Made by a program: the position numbers and the translations under genes
Part shown: positions 42,451 through 52,007 of the stretch, piece by piece
How positions within the stretch are numbered: the stretch's first letter is position 1
Layout: each line of letters opens with the position of its first letter
Assembly: GCF_036321535.1 (NCBI RefSeq)
Contig: NC_087469.1
Span: forward strand, 7,998,001-8,062,000
DNA: 64,000 nucleotides
Direction: 5' to 3'
Origin: Camelus dromedarius
Taxonomy: Eukaryota
The notes under the pieces: generated by a model
Seen by the model: the letters and a program-made list of their open reading frames with translations, nothing else
Told to the model about the DNA's origin: nothing
Databases searched by the model: none

Positions 42451-44697
42451 TCAGCCCTCCGAAGGGGCTGCTGGCTCCTGTGCGGGGAGGGCGGGGGGCT
42501 GGTCCTGCTTCTCTTTCTCCTTGAGGGTGCTGAAGAAGGAGTTGACCTTGTCCCTCAGATCCTTCTCCAGGAAGCTCAAGTGGCCTTCCACGTCCCCTGC
42601 TAAGGGGCCCAGCTTCTGCTTGAGCTCTTCCACCTGCTGCACCAAAACCCTGTTGAGGACCTCGCCGTAGGGCGCCACCTTGAGCCGGAACTCCTCCACC
42701 TGCCGCTCCAGCGACTTCTGCAGCCCCTCCGCGCTGTCCTGCAGATTCCCCTGCACGTTCTCGGCCACGGGCGCCAGCTTCTGCCGCAGCTGCTCGGCGT
42801 TGGCGGAGATCTTGGCCTTCAGCTCCTCGGCCTGCTTCTTCATCTGGAAGGCCAGGCCCTCCAGCTGGTGGTTGAGCTTCTCCTGGGCATCCTGCGCGTA
42901 AGGGGCCAAGCTGCTGCGCAGCTGCTCCACGTTCTCCTCGATCTTGGCCTTGAGTTCCTCCGCGTAGGGCATGAGGCGCCCCTTGACCTCCTCCACGTTC
43001 TCCTCGATCTTGGCCCTGAACTCGTCCGCGTAGGGCGCCAGCGAGGCCTGCAGCTGGCCCACGTTCTGCCGCAGCGCGGACTCCATGCGCTGCGCGTAGG
43101 GCGTCAGCTGGCGCTGCAGTTGCTGGGCCTGGGCGTTGACCTGGGTGCGCAGCTCCTCCGCGTAGGTCCCCAGGCGCTGCTGCAGCTCGCTCACGTTGTC
43201 CCCGATCTTCTGGCTCACCTCCGTGGCGTGGGGCAGCAGCCGGGCCCGCAGCTCCTCCAGCTCTTTCCGAATCTGCTCTTTCAGCTTCTCCGAGTCCTTG
43301 GTCAGGCGTTCATGCAGCTCCGTGGCAAAGGGCAGCAGCTTCTTCTGCAGGTCTTCCGTGTAGGCGTTCACCTCCCCAAGTTTGTCCTGGAAGAGGGTGC
43401 TGCGGGGGAAGGACACAAGGGGGTCACCTTGGCATTGGTTAAGCTTGGCGTTCCATGTGGGGACCCTTTCTCCTTATATACCACTCACTTGGTGCGCACC
43501 TGCCGCGGACAGGTGAGGGTGCAGGACACTGAGTTCTCCCATCTTTTCCCTGTGGCCTTCCCCAAGGTGGCTCATGATGTGAGCAAATGGATGTAGTAGA
43601 CTAAGGTATTACATTGAACTTGTATCTCTGAATCGCCCCCTGAGCTTGTCACAGTGTCTACCTAGCATGTGACCTTGGGCAGTTTGTTTTCCTCTCCTTA
43701 ACTGTAAAGTAAAAAGGCTAGACTTCGAGGTCCTTCTCAGCTCAGGTGTGCTGTGACAGAGATCACATTCTCTAGTAGAATGTGACGTTCCGAACCTCTT
43801 CCAGCGTCTTCTAGCTACAGCAGGTGCTGGCTTCCCTACACTCGTTCACCCTCAGAGGCTTTCCAGATACCCTCAACTCCCTTTCCATGATTTCACAGAC
43901 TCCTGTCCTTCTGGAATGTATTAGAATCACGTAACATTGCTTTCCCTCCCTTTCTTCTGTGAGCCTCAATGCTAAGATGTGGCCATTTGTCATACTCTAG
44001 AAAGTTCAAGCAGGATCTGGAGACCTCGGGGTCACTCAGTGAGTTGGTGGCAGGGCAGTGGGTATCCTAAGCTCAGGTCTCCTGCCTCCAAGTTCAGCCT
44101 TTGCCAACACATTGCATGGCCTTTAAGAAGCCCCATTCCATGAGCCCTGCCCCTCTTACTTGAGTTTCTGGGTGAGCTCAGACTTCTGAAGATGTTCCAC
44201 AGCTTTTTTGGCATTGTTGCTCAGCTGGCTGAAGTAGTCCCACATCACCGTGGCCACCTGGTCGGCATTGACCTCAGCCTGGGCACCTGGGTGGGATACA
44301 GAGCAATTCTTGAGGACTCACCTCCTCCTTTGCCTCTCAGCACCAGCCCTGAGCTGCAGACTGGATGCTGGGGTAGCACAGCCACTGACTTCCCTCTCCG
44401 CGATTGGCTAGTTAAAAGCCACAGGAGTGTGTGAAGCTGGTATAGCGCCCATGCCAAGGGGCCCACTGCCGTTTATGGACCTCACCTATGAGCTGGGTGG
44501 CAGCCAGACAACCCCCTGCACCCAGCTGTGAGCTGACAGGCACTCAGAAATGTCCTCTCACCTTGTCCCCAGACTTTCCACCCTTCCCTGCTTGATGCAG
44601 CAGATGCGTCCCGCCATAAAGCTCCATCTAAAGGCAGCTCCTACTCACCGGTGACAGCCACCAGGGCCAGGCTCAGGACCACAGCCTTCAGGAACAT
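42451..44697 (-). CDS. APOA4: Apolipoprotein A-IV, 374 aa
   Basis: Exons 44649-44697 ([17 protein letters not shown]), 44160-44286 (127 bp), 42451-43399 (949 bp); total 1125 nt. PolyA signal at 42309-42314, TATA-like TTTAAATA at 44835-44842. Confidence 0.97.
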
Positions 44698-46511
44698 CCT
44701 GGGTCCCCCGCTGAGCTGGAATAGTCTCTTACTGCACCGGATCCTTCCTGGAATCAGAGGGGGCCGGAGAAGAGGTTCTCAGGCAGCTCACCTGTGCTGC
44801 TGTTTGAACTGACTGAAGTGCACAGCCAACCAGATATTTAAATCCCCACCTGGCTGCCCTCCCCGCCTTCCTCCCCAGTGTGACTCCACGCTGGAAGGTG
44901 ACACAGTCCCAGGAGGCCTCTTGGACTTAAGTCAACGTGGAAGCTGACAGCAGATAGGGGCTTGGGCAGCAGTCAGAAGCAGCTGTTCTGTGTGTGGCTC
45001 CACCCAGCACTGAAGGGAGGGCGGGGAGCCACGAGCCAGGGGAGAAACGAGGCCTCAGGAACACCTGAGTCCAGGACGGATGCCTCAGCGGCTCTGTGGC
45101 AGTTCTGTGTCTGTGCCAGGCTTGGAGCATGGGTGGTGAAATTCACACCTCGTCTGTTTGTCCCACGTGGGAGGGCCCCCACCCCACATCCCCCAACCCG
45201 GACTCCATTTCAGAGCACCAGACACTGGACTGGGACACCCAAGGCCACAGACAGGGGCAGTGAGCTAAGATCCAGGGCCCTGGTCAAGGTGTGCCCAGGA
45301 GGAGGGGAGCCCTGCAAGCCTTTGGGAATGTGGGTGGAGTGGGTGGGATCCTGTGTTGAAGGTGTTCCCTGCAAGTGTGCTTCATGTCCCACCGCTGCCA
45401 AGTGTGCCACCTTGGTCTAGTGATTCAACTTGGCTTAGCTCTGAGCCTCGGTTTCTCCTTTGGGGTGTTGGGTATATTAAATGAGACGTTGCTTGTGAAG
45501 TGAGTAGTCTAGTGCCTGGCTGAGTAAGCATTAAAAAAAATAATTGTTTTTGTTGTTCATAATAGTATTATGATTTTCCTGATTTGGACCGAAACCGGGA
45601 ATACAGTAGAGTGCTTTCTGCACCAGTGAGATCACCATTTAGATCCAGCCCTGGGGGGTCGCTGGGCAGGCATGATGCAGGGGGAGGGGTGGGCCTGACT
45701 CCTGCCCACCTCCCCAGCCACCCTCCTGGGCAGGAGCAGCCGGCTTGTGATGAATCACGGGGCCTGAGGCTCTCGGGGGCCTCTCACTGGGGGATGGGGG
45801 GGTCTACTTGAACTTCCAGCGTTCTCTACAAATGAGATCACACACACAACCACAGAAAGACATCCGTCAAAAAGATGATCAGCTTGGGCCCCACTGCTGG
45901 CCCACGGGCATCATTATGAGTGACTATGAGATGAAACCCGTCGTATTACACTCTTGGCCCCCCTCTGTAAATGCAGGGCCCGGCGTGTAGATGGCCTTCC
46001 AGGAATCTGCTATTGGAATAGACTACAGTTGTGCTAACCCTGACTTCCTGTGTCTCCATTTTTTCATATACTATAGGTGGTTTGATGTCTCGTGGGATTG
46101 AAGACAGCTAAAGGGCCTTCTGATGCTTGCACCCCTCTGCAGAGTCCCAACTACAAGGCAGTGTCCCACCCCAATCCCGGTCACCTCCAGTGTCAGGGAG
46201 CTCCTCCTTCCTGGAGCAGCCCATGCTGTCTCACAGTAGATGTTAAAGATTCAGATGCTGGTGTAAGACTCCCTGGGTTTGCATCTGGGCTCCCCACTTA
46301 ACCGACTGTGTGACCTTGGGCAAGTCTCTTAACCTCTCTGAGCCTCAGCTGCCTCAGCAGGATATAGAACCTGCCTCCTGGGCTGCGAGGATTCAATGAG
46401 ATAATCTGAAAAATGCTGGGTACAGTGTCCAGCAAGCGTGAGCATGTTTTACCCCTGAAAGCTCTACCTCCCTGCGACACTCTGGAATCAGGCACAGTCC
46501 AGCCCAGGCTA

Positions 46512-46524
46512 AGTGCAAAGGTCA
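46512..46524 (+). promoter_or_regulatory. DR1 (AGTGCA-A-AGGTCA), candidate HNF4A element in the APOA4-APOC3 intergenic region
   Basis: Motif read directly; function inferred. Confidence 0.45.
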
Positions 46525-49269
46525 GTGCTCAGTGCCCCCATCCCTTTCCCCGGGGCCAGAGGCAAGGAGGGCAGTGAGTCACAGAGGGCACTCAGTTGCG
46601 TTGGCCTCCTGGACTTACAGTCTGAGCAACAGGTGCTGCCAGCATGTGATGGGTTCAGAGTTTGCTTCTGTCTCACCCGCCTGGGTGGACACACACTGTG
46701 CCTCTTTGCGCATGCCCAAGAGCCTCTGCTAGGATTCACATAAGGGCGCAATGAGTTTAGCTGTCTGTAAGCATAAAGCTAAGGCATGCAGCGGAGCATA
46801 GGCCTGCGTGTGCACCCACAGCTGCGAGGAGGGCGTGTCGCCTCCCAGCTTGTCGTGGGTGGGACGCAAGTAATGAATGCTCATGTTTCCCAAGGTCTGT
46901 GGACATGCTTTGTATTAGTCTGTGAACAGATCTGTTCTGGGTGGTGGGTGGGGAATGAGAGCCCCTGTGCCCAGTCTTGGAGGGTTGGAGATGCTGATGG
47001 AAAATGCAGACTCTGCCTCCAGCCCAGCATTTGGTTCTCTTTGGGCACGTGTGCTGGCAGGACTTGGCCCTCTGAGTCAGGGGATGGCCACATGGTGGGC
47101 ACAAAGAGCCTGTGTGATGTTGAGTGGGTCATGTCCTTTTCTAAGCCTCAGTATCCTTGTATGTACAACAGACAGACCTAATTGTCTATGAGGTGACAAG
47201 GCTGATAATCCAGCATTGCCTGCAGCCACCCACCTGTCCACCCATGGGGATCAAATTGGGGGTCAGCCCAGAGCTCAGAGTCAGGAGGGAAAAGCTCAGG
47301 CCCAGCCAGGGATGGGCAAGTCACATGGACACATGTCCCCACATATGCTCCACTCTGGCTGTCATCCCAGGGCAGAACTAAAGAGGGTGGCTCTAGGTGG
47401 GATACAAGGAGGAACTTCCAGCATGGAGGGTCATGGTGAGCCAGGGCCTCTGGCTCAGACTCTGATTCATCAAGGCTGCCCAGGCTAGCCTGGCTGGGGC
47501 ATGGGTCACAGAGGCTCACGTACTAAGCCTCATCCAGACACAGGTGGAATCAGAGAGAGTCAGCCCAACCCCAGAGGACCATTTTTGGTCCCAGCTGGTC
47601 AAGCCTTCTCCTCCTCTTCCTCCTTCTCCTTCTCCCAAACTACCACCACCAGTTATGGTCTGTAGGCCAAGCCTGGAGCAATTTCTTCATTTCAGGGGAG
47701 CCACAGTGGGAGGGAGGGAAGAAAAGAAGGAGGGAGTGGGGGGAGAGGCTTAGGGTGGCCACCGAGAGGACCCTTACTGAGATAGACCTACTGAGACCAC
47801 GGTGGAGCTGCTAGGAGGGGTCCAGGCACACAAAGGTGCCAAGCCCTTTGAAAGAGATAAGGTCCCAGGCCACATGGCATGCCCAGGTGCATGGGCCCGC
47901 ACACCTGGGTTCTCCACCCAGCTCAGCACCGCACCCCGGGTCTCTCTGCTTGCGTCTTCTGATCTCCCTGGGCTCAGTGGCCCACTGCCATGCAGGAGAG
48001 AGAGGACAGCCTCCTCCACACCCTCCACACACATGGAAAGGGAGCTAGAGGAACCAGGGTCAAGGGATCCAGCCAGCACATTCGAGCATGCCCCAGCCCA
48101 GCATGGAATCTGGACCCCCCACTGTGGCCTTCACCTCTGGGGCTGAAGAATAGACCAGAACAAACGAGGGAAGTGGACACAGTTGCTTCTAACTCCCCCA
48201 GTGTCCAAATCCCTCAGTGACCTCCTAATCACCTTCCTTTCCTCCCTACCCCATCACCAAAATCTGTGCTCAGCAAGAGGTCTGAAACTGATTAACTCTG
48301 AGATATGAGTAACTGATAAATCGCAAGGGTCTCATTTCTCCAAGCTGTTTGGTACCAGCATGTGTATTTAAAGACCTGGATTCTGGTTCCCAGCTCTACC
48401 ACTCGTGGGCATTGGGCACTTGGGTATGTCTCATGTTCTGCCTTAGCTTTCTTAGCTATAAAATGGGGTTAATAATGTCTACTTCACAGGAGTAGAAGTA
48501 AAAAATCTACATTTTAACAGATAGCAAGGTCTAAGTCACAGGAGTGAATCTCTACAGAGAAATTTCAAGTCTCAGTCACAGATAAAGAACTCTAAGGATC
48601 ACTTTCCAGGCCACTTTTTCAGGCCTTTGATTTCACCCTGTTCCTTCTTCCTGGGAGGTTGGCTGCCTGCCAAAAGCTCTATTTCTACATTGGAGGCTCC
48701 TCCTGCCTTCAGACTATGCTGCCTAGGGAAGGATAGGTATTTGGGGGAAAGGGAGAGAGGTTTATTGAGCCCCCTCCATGGGCCAGCTGCTTTGTACCTA
48801 TTTCTTTTCTTTTCACCACAATTCTGGTATATCGGTATTCTATCCCCATTTTACAGAGGAGAAAATTGAGGCACTGAGATGTCAGATCTCTGGCCCCAAG
48901 TCATGTGAGTAAGTGCCAGAGGCATTGTTTAAACCAAGAATTTCTTGACTCTGAAGTCTTAGCATTCAGAAGACAAAGCCCCCTGTTCCTGCGGTGGGGG
49001 CCTAGGGTACACCTCACCCCGAGAAGGGCCGAGGCCTCTCCTTGACAACCGACTGCCTATGTGGAGCACGTCTGCCCCCTCCCCACTAAGACTGGCTTCA
49101 CCACAACCTTGGTTCCTTCCAGTTGCCTACCCAGCCAGGGGACTATGAGGGCTGCTGTTTCCAAGCGAGGAAACTGAGGCCCGAGGTGAGAGGCTCTCAA
49201 CGCCAGGAGTCAATCCCAGCTGCCACAGTCTGGGGAGGGCCCCAGCCACGAGCCTGGATCGTGCCCCAG

Positions 49270-49420
49270 GAAATGTTATCAGTGGGTCCAGAGGGCAAGG
49301 TGAGGAGGAAGGGGTGATGGGACAAAGGCCTGGGGATAAGAGTGGACTTTGACCTTCTCCCACCACCCACTCACTGCCCTGGGCTCAGCTCCAGGAGGCT
49401 TCTGGTAAGCAGCACCCAGG
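49270..49420 (+). promoter_or_regulatory. APOC3 enhancer core with DR1 GGTCCA-G-AGGGCA (49285-49297) and DR1 TGGACT-T-TGACCT (49343-49355)
   Basis: About 730 and 670 bp upstream of the APOC3 TSS, matching the position of the known human shared enhancer HREs. Confidence 0.7.
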
Positions 49421-49924
49421 ACTGAAGCCCAGAGATGGAGATGCTGGGGAGGGGGGGCTGTGTGCACTCAGCTGTGTCACCCCTGCCCACACAAACCTCT
49501 GCCCATAAGTCTTCTGTGACTTCACTCTAGACATCCCCCCAAACTACCCCCTTGAGTTGTTCCCAAGGCTGAAGAAGCCCGTCACCCACTCACATCACCC
49601 CCATCCTTTCCAGGCTGTTGTCAGGGCTGGGCAGTGGATGGGAAGGACCCGGAAACAGAGTGTGAAGGGCTCAGGGGTGCCCAGTGGCCCCCAGCTTGTC
49701 CCCTAGTCCCTTCTCCCATCCCACTCGCCTCTCCCTGGGAAGCTATGTGCTCAGGAGGAACGGGTCTCCCCAGGCCCTGTCCACCTCCAGGTCCTGAGCC
49801 CACTGCAGGGGAGCAGTGTGGACACCCCACAGCACAGTTGGGAAATTAGAGCTTTCCCAACTCCCAGCAGGCCCGGCTGTCCCTGGCCACCCTGCTTCAG
49901 GGCCAATCAAGATTGATCAGCAGG

Positions 49925-50046
49925 TGACCACTGCCCTTTGCCCAGCTCACTGGGCCCTCAGTGCCCACTGCCCTGGGGACAGTATAAAACAGGTCAGAAC
50001 CCTCTTGTTTACCAATTCAGTTCATTCCAAGAAGCAGCTGCTCCAG
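49925..50046 (+). promoter_or_regulatory. APOC3 proximal promoter (C3P element 49925-49944, TATAAAA 49983-49989) and non-coding exon 1 (about 50013-50046)
   Basis: caggtgacc...tttgcccagc, tataaaacaggtcagaaccc and gcagctgctccag|gtaatg closely match the recalled human promoter. Confidence 0.85.
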
Positions 50047-50628
50047 GTAATGCCCCCTGGGAGGAGGAGGGGGAGGGAAAGGAGCGCGGGGTGGAGGGCA
50101 GCCGGCAAAGCCTGGAGAAGAGCAGCACCCACTCCCGCAAGGCGCTCCCGGGAAACTGAGGCCCATGGGGGACGGTCCCTTGCCCAAAGCTCCACAGAGA
50201 GCAGTAGCAGAGCTGGGACTGGAAGTGGCTCCAGATCTGCACATTTGCCCCTACTTCTGCATGTTTAGGACTGGAAGAAGCCTTCGATACCCTAGTCCTA
50301 GCCCAGAGAGAAAAACGGAGGCCTAGAGGGGGCAGAAAGCCACCCATAGTCACCCAGCCTGTTAGTGGCAGAAGCCCAGTCAGAACCCAGGTGCCTTGAT
50401 CCCTTGTCTGCTGGGTTTTCCGCTCCATGCCCCCCCTCCCTCTCTTGGGCCTGCGTCCCTGGAGGCTCCTGTCCAGAAAGCCCTTAGTCTCCCCGCTCCT
50501 ATATTAGCACAGGAGCAGGCCCTTTCTTCTCCTGGCTTGACTCAGCTCAGGCCCAGGGAGGGCCCAGCGGTGGTGGTGGGGCTTGGGGAACCTCTCACAG
50601 GACACTTCCCTGCAGGAACAAAGGCGCC

Positions 50629-51214
50629 ATGCAGCCCCGGCTCCTCTTCGTGGCTGTCTTCCTGGTGCTCCTGGCCTCTGCCCGTAAGCAGCTGGTGGGG
50701 ACTGGGCTGCGGCAGGGAGGGGGCAGCCTCCTGGAGGTGGCCTGAGGGTGCCAGGTCTCGATGGGCTGCCGGGCAACAGCCAAGGGTTCCCCAGAGGCTG
50801 ATCCACCCCACTCAGCCCCACTCTCCTCACAGGAGTTACAGAGGCCGAGGATCCCTCCTTTGCGGAAACAGTGCAGGGCTATGTGAAGCAGGCTAGGTAT
50901 GTCATCACTTCCCCACCCTGGGCTCCCACCTGCCCCAGAATCTCAGTGAGAGCCCAGGCAGGGGGCTGTGGGTCTCCTACGCCCACCCGGGACCAGCACC
51001 TCTCTGAGCCTCCATTCTGTCTATAAAGCAGACTCCCTCATAGGGAGAGATGCTGGAGGGGGCACTGCATCCCGCCTCTTCTCCCTTGGTTGTCCCTCCT
51101 TTCTCAGTGCCCTGTGTGGCTCTGACGAAGGCCATTCAGCCCTCTCTTGTACTTTCCTTTCCGATAGTCTGGCTGGAGGTTTGGCTTGGAAGGCTCTACC
51201 TGACCCAATTTCAG

Positions 51215-51258
<44 letters not shown>

Positions 51259-52007
51259 CTGCCTTGTTGCAAGCCCCAGGGCCCATGTGAACTGAAGTTG
51301 TTCCTTCCTCTCCCACCCTGCCCCTGCCCACTAGCTCTCTCCTCTCCCCAGCTCCCTTCCCCACCTCCACCCCACTGGTATTTACAGCATTCACAAGCAT
51401 TCCTAGTCTTCACAACCCGCTGTGGAGTATTATTTTCCCCACTTTGCAGATAAGAAAATCAAGTCTCACCTAACCAAGAGACCTGCCCCAGATCACACAG
51501 CTAATCAATCCTCTGACAATTTTCCAAATGAGAGACTGCCTCCCTCTGCCCCACCCCACTCCGAGCCACCGGGATGTACCTACCACTCTAGGGGGCGTCA
51601 TTTTCCTAGACCAGAGTGACAGTCCTGACTTCACACATTGCCCACCCCACTCAATCACTCCTCTCCAGCTTGCCTCACACCTGTGGTGGCACAAAGGTCT
51701 GCCCCAGCCTGGAGAAACATGGGTTGAACGAGTGCTGGGGGTCCCATTACCACCTTGGGCTGTCTTCCTGGGGAGGTAGCTATAAGGGGTAGGGACACCC
51801 CCCTCACGGCATTGCTGGGTGGGGTGGAGGGGGCATGGAGAGGCCGTGGGGATATGTGGGGGGCCCATGGTTTCCACTGCCTAGAGATCAGCCCTCACCC
51901 CCATCCCTTTTGCTCCCTTCACTGATTTGACTCCCAGGGACTGGGTGAATGAACGCATCAGCTCCCTGAAAGACTACTGGAGCACATTCAAGGAAAAGTT
52001 CTCTTAA
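50629..52007 (+). CDS. APOC3: Apolipoprotein C-III, internally deleted and C-terminally truncated (62-aa precursor); possibly a pseudogene
   Basis: Exons 50629-50683 ([18 protein letters not shown]), 50833-50896 (64 bp, donor GTATGT), 51938-52007 ([22 protein letters not shown]). Ancestral-position TGA in frame at 52059-52061; AATAAA at 52223-52228. Confidence 0.9.
51217..51256. repeat. (GT)20 microsatellite, APOC3 intron 3
   Basis: Direct reading. Confidence 0.95.

Noticed and set aside
42868-43596. 242-aa plus-strand ORF antisense to APOA4 exon 3
   Set aside because: Same shadow-ORF effect.
50968-51453. ORFs with VCVCVC or THTHTH tracts
   Set aside because: Translation of the (GT)20 microsatellite in APOC3 intron 3.
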